A DNA stretch of 64,000 nt from an uncultured Thermoleophilia bacterium (GCA_963709635.1 CAVPXA010000002.1:6858-70857); one strand, 5' to 3'. Shown: positions 1 to 11,663, numbered from the stretch's first letter. Notes: generated from the sequence alone by a model not told the origin. Program-made: numbers and translations.

Positions 1-711
1 GTGGGTGATGAAGATGTAGGTGACGCCGAGCTTCTCCTTCTCCTCGACCATCAGCTTGAGGATGTCGTTGCGGATGGAGACGTCGAGGGAGGCGACGGGC
101 TCGTCGGCGACGATCACGTCGGGGTCGAGGACCGTGGCGCCGGCGATACAGACGCGCTGCCGCTGCCCTCCCGAGAGCTCGTGCGGGTAGCGGTACAGGT
201 ACTCCGTCGCCGGCCGCAGCCCGGCCTCGCTGATCGCGGTGATGACCTTCTCTTCCTTCTCGCGCTCGCTCGAGCAGACGCCGTTGACCTCGAGCGGCTC
301 GGCGACGATGTCGAAGATCGTCTGCTTGGGATTGATGGAGTTGTACGGGTCCTGGAAGATGATCTGCGCCTTCTTGCGGTACTCGCGCAGCTCCTTGCTC
401 GAGTACTTGCGCACCGGCTGGCCCTTGTACAGGATCTCGCCGCCGGTGGCCTCCTCCAGGCGCAGGATGGTGCGGCCGGTGGTCGTCTTGCCGCACCCCG
501 ACTCCCCGACGAGGGCGAGGATCTCGCCCTTCATCACCTGGAAGCTGATGTGGTCGACGGCCTTCACGAACTTCTTCTCGGTGGAGACCATGCTCTTGAA
601 GAAGCTCTCGTGGATCGGGAAGTAGACCTCGAGGTCCCTGATGTCGAAGAGCACGTCGCCGGTCTCGGGAGCGAGCTTGAGGTCGGGGCGCTCGGTCTGG
701 TCGGTGGCCAT
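1..711 (-). CDS. Oligopeptide/dipeptide ABC transporter ATP-binding protein (OppF/DppF-like); 3' end runs off the window
   Basis: Hand translation of the minus strand from ATG at 711 gives MATDQTERPDL...GEILALVGESGCGKTTTGR (Walker A), LSGGQRQRV (ABC signature) and VIVADEPVASLD (Walker B). It is absent from the ORF track because it is open at position 1. It starts 2 nt after the upstream ATPase stop. Confidence 0.9.
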   Translation of the reverse strand, partial: MATDQTERPDLKLAPETGDVLFDIRDLEVYFPIHESFFKSMVSTEKKFVKAVDHISFQVMKGEILALVGESGCGKTTTGRTILRLEEATGGEILYKGQPVRKYSSKELREYRKKAQIIFQDPYNSINPKQTIFDIVAEPLEVNGVCSSEREKEEKVITAISEAGLRPATEYLYRYPHELSGGQRQRVCIAGATVLDPDVIVADEPVASLDVSIRNDILKLMVEEKEKLGVTYIFITH

Positions 712-713
712 CG

Positions 714-1792
<1,079 letters not shown>

Positions 1793-1796
<4 letters not shown>

Positions 1797-3331
1797 TCGC
1801 CTCCCTTCTCGTCGTCCTCTATCTTGCCGCCGACCCAGCCCCCGCCGCCCTCAGGACGGATGGAGCCGCCGGCCGGCTTGTTGAAGTCGGGCATGGCGTC
1901 GTCGGTCTGGACGCCCGGCGTGAAGATGCCGCCGCCTCCGCCGACGCCCGCGCCGCCCACGACGGCCACGGCCGGCTCACCGCGGGCGGTGAAGCGGTTC
2001 TCCGAGTTGCTGTCTTCGCGCTTGCGCAGCTTGGGATCGAGCACCTCTTCGTAGGCCGTGCCGATGAAGGTGAACGCGAGCACCACGAGGATGACCGCGA
2101 TACCCGGCGGCAGCAGGTACCACCAGGCCGGCAGGCCGGCGGCGCCGTTGACCCACGCGTAGTACAGCATGGTGCCCCAGCTGAAGTTGAGCGGGTCGCC
2201 GAGGCCGAGGAACGACAAGGTCGTCTCGGAGAGGATGGCGATGGCCACCACCAGCACGAGGTTGGCGAAGATGAGCGGCATCACGTTGGGCAGGATGTGC
2301 CTTCTCATCACGTGGCCCGTGCTGGAGCCGATCGCCCTGGCGCGCTCGATGAACTGCAGCTCGCGCACGCGCAGCGTGTCGGAGCGCACCATGCGGGCGG
2401 TGCCCGGCCAGCTGGTGATGCCGATGATGAGCACGATCATCCAGTAGTTCTGGCCCCAGGCGGCGGCCAGCACCATCGCCAGTGGTAACCACGGGATGAC
2501 CAGGAACGCGTCCGTGAGCCGCATCAGGCTCTCCGACTTCCACCCGGCAGTGTACCCGGCCGTGATGCCGATGCCGGCGCCGAGGATGGTGGCCATGAAC
2601 GCGGCGAGCAGACCGACCATGAGCGAGATGCGCGCGCTCCAGATGAACTGCGCGAGCACGCTCTGACCCACCTGGTCGGTGCCGAACCAGTTGTAGTAGT
2701 AGGCGGTCGGCGGGTGATACGGGCCGAAGAACTCGCCCGTCGCCGGGTCCTTGATCTGCGCGTTGGGGTCGAGCAGGGCGTGGTCGGCGAGGAACGGGGC
2801 GAACAGCGCCATGCCGATGAACACGACGAGGATGGCGAGACCCACCATGCCCTGCCAGTTGGCGCGGTAGAGCTTCCACACCTGGTGCGTGTTCCAGGTG
2901 AGCAGCTCGACCCGCTCCGGGTTGGCGACGGCCCAGACCCAGACGCACGCGGCGGCGAGCACCACGATGACCGTCTGGAGAGCCCAGTTGTACGCGAAGT
3001 CGTTGGCGCCGGCGGACCAGTCGCCGAAGCCGCCGCCGGCCAGCAAGGCCCACACGAGGAACAAGAGGCCCTCGACCAGCAGCAGGATGTTGAACACCCT
3101 GGCCTTGGTCCTGCGGGCCAGGTAGAGGACGCCGAACGCGAGGCACACGACGCCCAGCAGCACCATGATCCACGCGGGGTACGCGCCCACGGCGGGCGAG
3201 AAGAAGCCCTTGATCACCTCGGCGAGGCCGCTGGAGATGGGGACGTCCTTCGGATACGTGAGCAGCTCCAGGACGCACCAGACGATGATGGTCCAGAAGA
3301 TGACCCAGTTCCGGAACCGCCGGGGGATCAT
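1793..3331 (-). CDS. ABC transporter permease (OppC/DppC-like) with an extra N-terminal membrane domain and a Gly-rich tail
   Basis: 512-aa ORF. The C-terminal two thirds is a binding-protein-dependent permease core (ISLMVGLLAAFMATILGAGIGITAGY...ERARAIGSSTGHVMRRHILPNV). The first ~150 aa add predicted TM helices. The tail GGAGVGGGGGIF...GGGGWVGG is low complexity. ATGA overlaps on both sides. Confidence 0.88.
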
Positions 3332-4323
3332 GCCTGCACCCGCGGGTCGAGGTAGTAGTACATGATGTCGGCGATGAGGTTGGCGATGATGACGGCGATG
3401 CTGGCGATGAGGAACACCGCCTGCATCACCGGGTAGTCGCGCTTCTGCATCGACTCATAGGAGAGCAACCCCAGCCCCGGCCAGTTGAACACGCTCTCGG
3501 CGAGGATGGCGCCGGACATGACGAAGCCGAGGTTCATCATCACGACGGTGACCGTGGGCAGCATCGCGTTGGGCACCACGTGCTTCCAGAGGACGGAGTT
3601 CTCGCTGAGGCCCTTGGCGCGGGCGGTGAGCGCGTAGTCCTCCGTCATGACGCCGGTGATGGAACTGCGCATGATGAGGTGGTACTCGCCGACGTAGGCG
3701 ATGGCGAAGGTGAACGCCGGCAGGAACAGGTGCCTCGCCAGCGACTGGAAGGCGGCGAAGCCGCTGAGCTCCACGCCGGGCTCCTCCATGCGCCCCGTGG
3801 GGAACCAGCGGAGCTTGGTGGCGAAGAGCATGATCATCAGGAGGCCGAACCAGAAGGTCGGCATGGCGTACAGGACCATCCCTAAGTTCGTGGTCACGAC
3901 ATCGTAGGTGCCGTTGCGTCTCCACCCCGCGAACACCCCCGTGATCATGCCGATGACGGTGGCGCCGATGGTGCCCACACCCACGAGCAGGACGGTGGGC
4001 CAGATGCGCTCGGCGACCACCTCCGTGACGGGGCGCTTCTCGGAGAACGACATGCCGAACTCGCCCTGCACGGTGTCGCGCCAGTAGAAGATGAACTGCT
4101 GCCACATCGGCTTGTCGAGGTTGAACGTCTTGCGCTGCTTCTCGATGACCGACGGGTCGGTCTTGCCCTTGGGGAGAAGGAGCCGGGCCGGGTCGCCCGG
4201 GAGGATGCGGAAGAGAGCGAAGTTGAACGAGGCCACGAGGATGATCGTGAGCAACGCGTTCAGCAGCTTTCGGATGAAGTACCTGTCGTTTGTCCACTGC
4301 ACTGCGGGTCCCACGCCCGTCAC
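3328..4323 (-). CDS. ABC transporter permease (OppB/DppB-like)
   Basis: 331-aa ORF with N-terminal FIRKLLNALLTIILV and an EAA-type loop TARAKGLSENSVLWKHVVPNAMLP. Multiple hydrophobic spans. Confidence 0.92.
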   Translation of the reverse strand: MTGVGPAVQWTNDRYFIRKLLNALLTIILVASFNFALFRILPGDPARLLLPKGKTDPSVIEKQRKTFNLDKPMWQQFIFYWRDTVQGEFGMSFSEKRPVTEVVAERIWPTVLLVGVGTIGATVIGMITGVFAGWRRNGTYDVVTTNLGMVLYAMPTFWFGLLMIMLFATKLRWFPTGRMEEPGVELSGFAAFQSLARHLFLPAFTFAIAYVGEYHLIMRSSITGVMTEDYALTARAKGLSENSVLWKHVVPNAMLPTVTVVMMNLGFVMSGAILAESVFNWPGLGLLSYESMQKRDYPVMQAVFLIASIAVIIANLIADIMYYYLDPRVQA

Positions 4324-4522
4324 GGAACGCCCGCGGACCCTGACCCCCTTCTCACATCCGTGGTTTGCCGGACCCCTGATGACGCCTGCGTGCTGTGCCT
4401 GCCGGACGGCCCCGGTCAGGGCCTCGGATGATTAGACGGAGGCTGCCTGCGGTTCCGTCGTCTCAGGAAGTCAGGATATGCGCGCAGGCGGAGGCGGGGC
4501 AAGGAGCGGCGTGCGGCCGCGC

Positions 4523-5635
4523 TCAGGCCCCGGGCAACTGCGCGTCGCGACCGGCGCGGCGCAGCGCCTCCACCAGGCGGTCGAGCGGCAGTGCGTACGC
4601 CGTGTTGCCGGCACGGCCGACCGTGGTGGTGGCGGCCGTGAGCGAGTTGCACACGCTCTCGGCGGTGGCGTCGACCGCGGCCTCGAAGAGCTCGTACATC
4701 TGGTCGTTGGCCACGCTGGCGAGCGCCAGCGGCTCGGGTGAGACGCGTGGCACGCGGTGCGCCGTGCTGACCGCGAGCATGATCTCGCCGCTGCCGTCGG
4801 ACGCGTAGCTGCCGGTCGCCGCCAGGCCCAGGGAGCAGCGCTTGGCCATGCGCGTGCACTGCCGGGAGCTGAGCGGCGCGTCGGTGGCGAGCACCACGAT
4901 GCACGAGCCCTCGCGGTTCTCGAGCGGCACGAGGTCGGTGATCTCGCGGCCGACGGGCACGCCGTCCACCAGCAGGCGGTGGCGCACGCCGAAGTTCGTC
5001 AGCGCCAGCACGCCCACCGTGTACCGGCCCCCGTGGGCGGTGACGAGGCGGGACGAGGTGCCGATGCCCGCCTTGAAGTCGTAGCACGACATGCCGGTGC
5101 CGGCCCCGACGCAGCCCTCGGCCACGGGGCCGTCCGCCGCGGACTCGAGCGCGGCCCACACATGCTCCTCGCGCACGTGCATGCCGCGCAGGTCGTTGAG
5201 GAACCCGTCGTCGCACTCGCCCACCACCGGCATGACGGCGTCGTCCAGGCCGACGCGAGGGTCACGCCGGATGAGCCAGCGCACGGTCGCATCGTACGCC
5301 TGCCCGGCGCTCTGCGAGTTGGTGAGGAGGATCGGCGTCTCGACGAGGCCCCACTCGCGGATGGCGCTGATGCCGATGAGCTCTCCCACGCCGTTGGCGG
5401 CATGGGCCCCGGCGACGACGCGGCCGTCCCAGAGGTCGTCGCCGGGCGGGAAGATCGCGGTGACTCCCGTGCGGGCGGGCCCGCTGCCCTGCGGCAGCTC
5501 GGGCCCGCCCCACGAGACCGTACAGTGACCGACGCGCACACCGGGCACATCGGTGATGGCGTTGAGAGGCCCGGCCGGCAACCTGCCGACGGCGACGCCG
5601 AGGTCGCGCAGGCGGCAGCGATCCGGGCGGGTCAA
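4523..5635 (-). CDS. P1/S58 family peptidase (DmpA/BapA-like aminopeptidase)
   Basis: Only the C-terminal ~370 aa of ORF 4523..6085 look protein-like (NAITDVPGVRVGHCTV...GVTAIFPP...CVGAGTGMSCYDFKAGIGTSS...CIVVLATDAPLS). A TTG at 5635 was chosen as the start because the upstream gene ends at 5641. Confidence 0.8.
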   Translation of the reverse strand: MTRPDRCRLRDLGVAVGRLPAGPLNAITDVPGVRVGHCTVSWGGPELPQGSGPARTGVTAIFPPGDDLWDGRVVAGAHAANGVGELIGISAIREWGLVETPILLTNSQSAGQAYDATVRWLIRRDPRVGLDDAVMPVVGECDDGFLNDLRGMHVREEHVWAALESAADGPVAEGCVGAGTGMSCYDFKAGIGTSSRLVTAHGGRYTVGVLALTNFGVRHRLLVDGVPVGREITDLVPLENREGSCIVVLATDAPLSSRQCTRMAKRCSLGLAATGSYASDGSGEIMLAVSTAHRVPRVSPEPLALASVANDQMYELFEAAVDATAESVCNSLTAATTTVGRAGNTAYALPLDRLVEALRRAGRDAQLPGA

Positions 5636-5640
5636 CGCTG

Positions 5641-6444
5641 CTACTCCAGGATGCCGGCGCGGTGGGCCTTGAGGTACGAGCCGCAGAAGTTGTCCTCGCC
5701 GCGGAGCGCCTCGATGGACTTGATGGTCGCCATCATCTGCTTGTTGCGCACGTCGACGATCAGACCGTCGAGGCCGAGGCCGCCGCACATCGCCACGAAG
5801 GTGCGGTTGAGCAGGCCGCGGTTGGGCAGGCCGAAGCTCACGTTGCTGAGGCCGCCGGTGGTGCGGGACGGGAGGCGGTCCTTGACCAGCCTGAGCGTCT
5901 CCATGGTGACGCCGGGAGCGCTCGGGTCGGCGGAGACGGCCATGACCAGCGGGTCGATCCAGAGGTCCTCGGCCGGCAGGCCGGCGCCGGTGCACAGATC
6001 GAAGATCTGCTTGGCGACGGCAAAGCGGTCCTCGGCGGTCGGCGGGATGCCCTCGTCGCTGAGGCACAGGCCCACGACCGGGCACTTGTGCTTCTCGACG
6101 AGCGGCATGACGGCGTCGATGCGCGGCTGCTCACCGGAGATCGAGTTGATGAACGGCACCTTGCCGCCCTTGTCGATGATCGCCTGCACGCCGGCGTCGA
6201 GCGCCTTGGGATTGGCGGAGTCGACCATGAGCTGCATGTCGGTGACGCCCATGACGATCTCGATGAGCCAGAGAAGGTCGGCCACCTCGTCGCCGCCGGC
6301 TACGCCGCCGTTGACGTCGAGCAGGCCGGCGCCGGCGTCGATCTGGTCCTGCGCCAGTGTCTTGATGAACTCCGCGTCACGCGCCTGGATCGCCTCGGCG
6401 ACCTGCTTGCGCGTCCCGTTGATCGATTCACCCATCAACAGCAT
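5641..6444 (-). CDS. Pterin-binding methyltransferase domain protein (MtrH/AcsE/dihydropteroate-synthase-like)
   Basis: ORF 5641..6546 trimmed to MLLMGESINGTRK (ATG 6444). Pterin-binding barrel-like blocks are present: LLDVNGG, VDSANP, FINSISGE, GGLSNVSFGLP. Confidence 0.75.
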   Translation of the reverse strand: MLLMGESINGTRKQVAEAIQARDAEFIKTLAQDQIDAGAGLLDVNGGVAGGDEVADLLWLIEIVMGVTDMQLMVDSANPKALDAGVQAIIDKGGKVPFINSISGEQPRIDAVMPLVEKHKCPVVGLCLSDEGIPPTAEDRFAVAKQIFDLCTGAGLPAEDLWIDPLVMAVSADPSAPGVTMETLRLVKDRLPSRTTGGLSNVSFGLPNRGLLNRTFVAMCGGLGLDGLIVDVRNKQMMATIKSIEALRGEDNFCGSYLKAHRAGILE

Positions 6445-6612
6445 TGAACAACCTCCACGACGATTACCCGGGACGGACGTCTGCAGAGTATATAGGCGGT
6501 GTGCCTGCGGCGCACCGCCTCTTGACCCGGCTGCGTCGGTAATCACGAATGCTTGTGCGCGGAGGAACCACCGCCGTGAGATCCCGGGCGAGGCGGCGGC
6601 GCGACGAGAGTC

Positions 6613-6852
6613 TCAGATGCCGTCGCCGGGCGGGACCATCCACTCAGGCGGTTGCTGCCGGCGATCGCTCGCGCGCCGCTCCCCGTTGCCCGGGCCGTAC
6701 CCTGCGCGCCGCCGCTCCTCGACCCGGCGGTCCATGCGGACCTCGACGTCGTCGCGGCCGTGGAAGATCGCGCTGAAGTGCTCGTAGAGCCGCTGGCGCT
6801 CCGGCCCGGTCACGAACAGGACGTGCTCACGCTGTCTGGTCTCGTCGGCCAT
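6613..6852 (-). CDS. Small hypothetical protein
   Basis: 79-aa ORF with a mixed, non-shadow-like composition (MADETRQREHVLFVTGPERQRLYEHFSAIFHG...). No domain recognised. Confidence 0.4.
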   Translation of the reverse strand: MADETRQREHVLFVTGPERQRLYEHFSAIFHGRDDVEVRMDRRVEERRRAGYGPGNGERRASDRRQQPPEWMVPPGDGI

Positions 6853-6919
6853 GCTGGTACTGTACCCACCGCGGGGCGGCTGCTACAGACCCCATGCGTA
6901 GCCGGGACTGGCCACACCC

Positions 6920-8362
6920 TCACGCATAGGTGATGTAGACCGTCTTGGTACGGGTGTAGAAGTCGAGCGCCGAGGGTCCCTGCTCCTTGAAGGTGTTGGC
7001 GCTGGACTGCTTGAAGCCGCCGAACGGGGCCTGGAGAGCGAGGCCCGTCGTGGGCTCGTTGACCTTGACGACGCCGGCCTCGATGCGGTCGACGAACGTG
7101 AGCGCGCGGCGCAGGTCGTTGGTCACGACGCTCGCCGCGAGCCCGTAGCCGACGGCGTTGGCCTTGAAGATGGCGTCGTCCAGGTCGCGCGCGCGGATGA
7201 TGCCGAGCACGGGCCCGAAGATCTCCTCCTGCGCGAGCCGGCTGTGCGCCTCGACGCCGTCGAAGACGGTCGGGCGCAGGAAGTGGCCGTGCTCGCCGGC
7301 GCGGCCGCCGCCGGCGAGGAGTTCGGCCCCCTCCTCCTTGCCGATGCGCACGTAGTCGAGGTCGGTGGCGAGCTGGTCCTCGCTCACGGCGGGACCCATC
7401 TGCACGCCCTCGTCCAGGCCGTCGCCGACGTTGAGGGCGTTGGCGGCCTCCGCGAGCGCGGCGGCGAAGCGGTCCGCGATGCCCTCCTCGACGATCACGC
7501 GGCTGGTGGCCGTGCAGCTCTGGCCGGTGAGCGCGAAACCGCCCATGACGGCCAGCTTGACGGCCAGGCCGAGGTCGGCGTCCTCGAGGACGATGGTGGG
7601 GTTCTTGCCGCCCATCTCGAGCTGGACGCGCGCGAAGTGCTGCGTCGCGCGCGCGTAGATACGCGACCCCGTGTCGTGCGACCCCGTGAAGGTGAGCCCC
7701 TGCACCAGAGGGTCGCCGGCGAGCGCGGCGCCGACCACGGAGCCGGAGCCCGTGACGAAGTTGAGCACGCCGGCCGGCACGCCCGCGTCGACGAGGCACT
7801 CGACCAGCCGCAGCGCCGTGAGCGGCGTGGGAGAGGCGGGCTTGAAGACCACGGTGTTGCCGTAGACGAGCGCGGGCGCGAGCTTCCAGGCGGGGATGGC
7901 GATGGGGAAGTTCCAGGGAGTGATGGCCGCGACGACGCCGAGCGGCTCGCGGCGGCTGAAGAGCATGCCGTCGGGTGCGTTGGGCGGCAGGACGTCGCCG
8001 CCGGCCCGCCAGCCCTCCCCGCCGAAGTAGCGGAGGATGTCACGCGCGCGGAGGACCTCGCCCCTGGACTCGGCGAGCGTCTTGCCCTCTTCGCGCGTGA
8101 GCGTCCGGGCGACGTCCTCGAGGCGATCGGTGAGCAGCTCGGCGGCGCGGAAGAGGATCGCGCCGCGGGCCGGCGCCGGCGTCGCCCGCCAGGCGGGGAA
8201 CGCCTCGGCAGCCGCGGCGGCCGCCTGGGCGGCATCCTCCGCCGTCGCCGCCGGGAAGACGGCGAGCACCTCGTCGGGGTCCGCCGGGTTCCTCGTCTCG
8301 AAGCCGGCACGGTCGCTCGACTCGACCCATCTGCCGCCGATGAGGTCCTTGCACGTCTCCAT
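6920..8362 (-). CDS. NAD(P)-dependent aldehyde dehydrogenase
   Basis: ORF 6920..8407 trimmed to [12 protein letters not shown]. It carries ITPWNFP, the Glu motif QLEMGGKNP, the catalytic Cys block [10 protein letters not shown] and EEIFGPV. Confidence 0.92.
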   Translation of the reverse strand: METCKDLIGGRWVESSDRAGFETRNPADPDEVLAVFPAATAEDAAQAAAAAAEAFPAWRATPAPARGAILFRAAELLTDRLEDVARTLTREEGKTLAESRGEVLRARDILRYFGGEGWRAGGDVLPPNAPDGMLFSRREPLGVVAAITPWNFPIAIPAWKLAPALVYGNTVVFKPASPTPLTALRLVECLVDAGVPAGVLNFVTGSGSVVGAALAGDPLVQGLTFTGSHDTGSRIYARATQHFARVQLEMGGKNPTIVLEDADLGLAVKLAVMGGFALTGQSCTATSRVIVEEGIADRFAAALAEAANALNVGDGLDEGVQMGPAVSEDQLATDLDYVRIGKEEGAELLAGGGRAGEHGHFLRPTVFDGVEAHSRLAQEEIFGPVLGIIRARDLDDAIFKANAVGYGLAASVVTNDLRRALTFVDRIEAGVVKVNEPTTGLALQAPFGGFKQSSANTFKEQGPSALDFYTRTKTVYITYA

Positions 8363-8416
8363 CGTCGCCCCCCGCAGTCGCGATGCCGTGAGCTCACCTG
8401 GGCGCAACGATACTAC

Positions 8417-8461
8417 GGACGGCGCCCGCCGCGGCCGTACTCGTCGCGGCGGGCGCCGTCC
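8417..8461 (-). terminator. Strong GC-rich hairpin downstream of the PHP gene
   Basis: Perfect 16-bp inverted repeat GGACGGCGCCCGCCGC / GCGGCGGGCGCCGTCC with a 13-nt loop. It lies 27 nt past the PHP-gene stop and is followed on the minus strand by GUAGUAUCGUU. Confidence 0.5.
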
Positions 8462-8488
8462 GAGCCCGGAGTGGCCGGGACCCCAGGG

Positions 8489-9262
8489 TCAGGCCTCCGG
8501 CAGCGGCACGAGCGCCCGGTCCGAGAGGCGCAGCGTCTCGCGGTACCCGGCCGCACGTGCGTACGCGATGCCCTCGTCCCAGGCGCGGCCGACGTGCTCG
8601 ACCTCGTGGGCGTCGGAGTCGATGGTCAGTGGGATGCCGCGCGCCCGCGCCGCGCGCAGGATCTCGGCCGACGGGTACATGACGCCCGCAGGGTCGGTGA
8701 AGCGGTCCGTGTTCAGCTCGATGGCGGCGCCGGACGCCGCGAGGGCGTCCAGCGCCGCGTCGATCTCGGCCTGCGCCGCCGGACCCGGCCGGTGCCCCCA
8801 CAGGCTGATGTAGTCGAGGTGCGCGAGGATGTCGAACCGGCCCCACTCCGCCGCCTGCCGCGCGATGCGGTAGTAGGCGGCGAGCAGCGCATCCGGGTCG
8901 TCCCAGCGCGGGTCGCCGCGCAGCGCCGGATCGTCGAACACGAAGCCGTCGACCTCGTGGATGCCCAGCACGACGACCTCGAACGGCCAGGCCGAGAGGG
9001 CCACCTCCAGCTCGGCCTCCCGCCCCGCGACGTACTCGGCCTCGACGCCGAGCAGCACGCGGACGTCGTCGTGCCGCGCGGCCGCGGCCCGGACGTCGGC
9101 GACGTAGTCGCCGAGCTGCTCGGGCCGCAGCCACCAGTCCTCGTCCGGCCCCGGCGACGGCGTGAAGTGCTCGGCCACGGCGATCTCGGGCAGCCCGAGC
9201 TCGGCGGCCCGGCGCACGACGTCCTCGACCGTGCCCGACCCGTCGGACCACGCCGTGTGCAC
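8489..9262 (-). CDS. PHP-domain (histidinol-phosphatase family) metal-dependent phosphoesterase
   Basis: 257-aa ORF (HTAWSDGSG...IAVAEH...LLGVEAEY...LAHLDY...IDSDAH). The conserved first motif GDYHVH extends upstream of the first in-frame start (GTG 9262), with no start codon before the stop at 9368. The true start is therefore uncertain. A GTG at 9336 overlapping the SBP stop would fit if indels are present. Confidence 0.75.
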   Translation of the reverse strand: MHTAWSDGSGTVEDVVRRAAELGLPEIAVAEHFTPSPGPDEDWWLRPEQLGDYVADVRAAAARHDDVRVLLGVEAEYVAGREAELEVALSAWPFEVVVLGIHEVDGFVFDDPALRGDPRWDDPDALLAAYYRIARQAAEWGRFDILAHLDYISLWGHRPGPAAQAEIDAALDALAASGAAIELNTDRFTDPAGVMYPSAEILRAARARGIPLTIDSDAHEVEHVGRAWDEGIAYARAAGYRETLRLSDRALVPLPEA

Positions 9263-9332
9263 GTGGTAGTCACCCGGCGGACGCGGCGCGCGCTTCGTCC
9301 CGCCGGCGCGGGGCCCTGCCCGGTGGGCGCGC

Positions 9333-11199
9333 TCACTCCTCGACCGCGCGCCCGCGGCTGCGGCGGTTCAGCACCACGAGGATGACGACGCATGGCGACG
9401 GCGATCACGACGCCGACCACGACCCACAGCGTCGTCGACGATCCCTCGTTCGCCGCCGTCTCGGCCTCCGCCACCTTCGGCTTCAGCTCGAGATAGCTCT
9501 GGCGGTCGAGGAAGTTGTTCCACACGCTGCCGCCGACGTAGGGCTGCCAGCCCTCCCAGCGCTCGACGTTGACGGCCTGCAGCACGGACGGGTAGTCGAT
9601 GACGATCATCGGCTGCTCCGCGTACATCACCGCCTGGCCCTGCTTGAGCAGCTCCATGCGCGCCGCCGGGTCCATCTCGCGGTACTGCTCCAGCGTGAGC
9701 CCGTCGTACTCCGCGTTGGACCAGTTCATCTCGTTGTAGTTCTCGATCTGGTCGGTGGTGAAGCAGGCGGCGGAGTCGCCGGGGTCGATGTAGCCCATGA
9801 AGTCCCAGAGCGCGAGGTCGTAGTCGGGCGCGTAGGTGTCGCCCTTGTAGTTCCAGATGTCGTCGCCGAGCGCGCCCTCGTCCACCACGGAGTAGTCGAT
9901 GTCGAGGCCGATCTCCTGCAGCCAGCCGGCGATGAGCTTGCCCTGCACCTGGCTCTCCGGCGAGATGTCGCGAGCCCACAGGCGGAGCTTGATGGGCTCA
10001 CCCTTCTTGTCCTCACGCACGCCGTCGCCGTCCGCGTCCTTGTAGCCGGCGGCGTCCATGAGCTGCCTCGCCTTCTCGAGGTCGAAGCCGATGGTGTCCG
10101 CCGCATCGGGCTGGTAGTAGGGGTTCGCCGCCTCGGGCCAGCCCTTCTCGGGGAAGAGGCCGTACCCCGGGTCGGCGAGGCCGCTCCAGGCGAGGCTGGC
10201 GCACTTCTCCCGGTCGATCGCCCAAGCCATGGCCACGCGGAACGCCGGGTCGACCAGGACGGGATTGCCCAGGGAATCCGGACTGTCGTAGCAGTTGACG
10301 TCGATGTACTCCCAGTTGTAGAGCGGATACGGGATGGCCTTGATGCCGGGTTCGCTCTGCAGTTGCTTGAACTGCGTGGCCGGGATGACCTGGGCGCCGT
10401 CGACAGCGCCGCTCTTGAGGTCCTGCACCATCGTGTCCGAGTTCGTGTAGTACTGGAAGATGACCTCGTCGATCGTCGGCTGCTTGCCCCAGTAGGTGGG
10501 ATTGCGCACCAGCTTGACGTACTCGTCCTTCTCGAACTCCACCGTCTGGAACGGCCCGGAGCCGACGATCGGCACGGGATTGCGGAAGGTGTTGCTCAGC
10601 TCGTCCACACTGAGGTCGCCCCAGATGTGCTCCGGCAGGATGTAGATGTAGACCTGCGTGAGCAGCATGTTGGCTTTGGGCGCCGTGCAGGTGACCTTGA
10701 GGGTGGTGTCGTCGACGGCGACCGCCTTCTCGACGTCCTTCAGGTAGATCGCCAGGCTGAGCTCGTTCTCGATGATGGTGTTGAAGGTCCAGGCGACGTC
10801 GCGCGCCGTGAGCGGCTCGCCGTCCTGCCACGTGACGCCCTCGCGGATCTTGAAGGTCCACTCCTTCTCGTCCGCGGAGAGCGTCCAGTCCTCGGCCAGG
10901 CCCGTCTCTTTGGACGGCAGGCCGTCGGCGCCGACGGCGACCAGGGTGTCGTAGTTGAGGAGCCAGATCTCGTACGAGTTGCTGTAGCCGATGAAGGGGT
11001 TGAGGTTGAGAGGGCTCTCGCTCCACCCGAGCCGGAGCGTGACCTTCTCCCCGGCGGGCGAAGGCGATGACGAGGTGGCCGCGGAGACCACACCGGCGCA
11101 GGCGGCGACGAGTGTGAGCAAGACGATCACGGTGATGGTGAGGGTGACGACGCGATGTCGTCCGTGCCGTCCGCGCCGCCCGTTCCTGCGTCCGCTCAT
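9333..11199 (-). CDS. Family-5 peptide/nickel ABC substrate-binding lipoprotein with a C-terminal TM anchor (frameshifted as sequenced)
   Basis: N-terminal signal with lipobox LVAAC, then a typical SBP_bac_5 body (LRLGWSESPLNLNPF...WQDGEPLTARDV...). Near 9391-9394 the frame breaks inside the C-terminal helix. Removing one nt gives ...LWVVVGVVIAVACVVILVVLNRRSRGRAVEE followed by TGA at 9333. Unrepaired, the ORF reads through to 8713 across the PHP gene. Confidence 0.85.
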
Positions 11200-11438
11200 C
11201 TCGGTCTCCCTTGGTGCGGGTCCGGCGCTGTACGCAACGCCGACGATACCCGCGACGGTATCGAGCGTACGGTCGCACAGTCAAGCCTGAAGCGCCGCGG
11301 CGACGGCAGATGCTGCCGCGGCGTGATGAGCAGGCGGTCAGCGTCGCGTGAGCAGGCGGCGAGCGGCGGCGAGCAGCAGGTCGCCGGCGCCGGTCGACCC
11401 CTCGGAGCAGCCCAGCGCCGCGGGGGACATGTGTGATC

Positions 11439-11564
11439 GGGGGTCGGAGCCCGATGCGGAGCCTGATGCGGAGCCTGAGCGCCTGATGCGGAGCCTGATG
11501 CGGAGCCTGCATGCGGAGCTGATGCGCTCCGTGCCGAGAGGCTCCGGAAGAGGCTCCGACCCCC
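11439..11564. repeat. 12-nt tandem array (GATGCGGAGCCT, ~6 copies) bracketed by a perfect 13-bp inverted repeat
   Basis: GGGGGTCGGAGCC at 11439-11451 pairs with GGCTCCGACCCCC at 11552-11564. The interior reads cgatgcggagcctgatgcggagcctgagcgcctgatgcggagcctgatgcggagcctgcatgcggagctgatgcgctcc. Confidence 0.85.
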
Positions 11565-11663
11565 ACGTCGCATACCCCCTCCCCCTCCCCCAGCGCCGCC
11601 CGAAGCCGGCCCGACAGCCGATCTCGACGGCCGCGCCCGAGCGAAGGCGGGTGCGTCGCGCGG

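Noticed and set aside
6445-6546. N-terminal 34-aa extension of the pterin-binding protein, and similar extensions of the ALDH, glmS, nnr, CBS, L13 and DUF62 ORFs.
   Set aside because: The extensions are Arg/Pro/Gly-rich. The conserved protein N-termini begin at internal ATG/GTG codons preceded by GGAGG-like sites or by overlap with the upstream stop.
8713-9332. C-terminal 200-aa extension of the substrate-binding protein overlapping the PHP gene.
   Set aside because: It is Arg/Pro-rich nonsense produced by the frame break at about 9391. The repaired frame stops at 9333 after a complete TM anchor.
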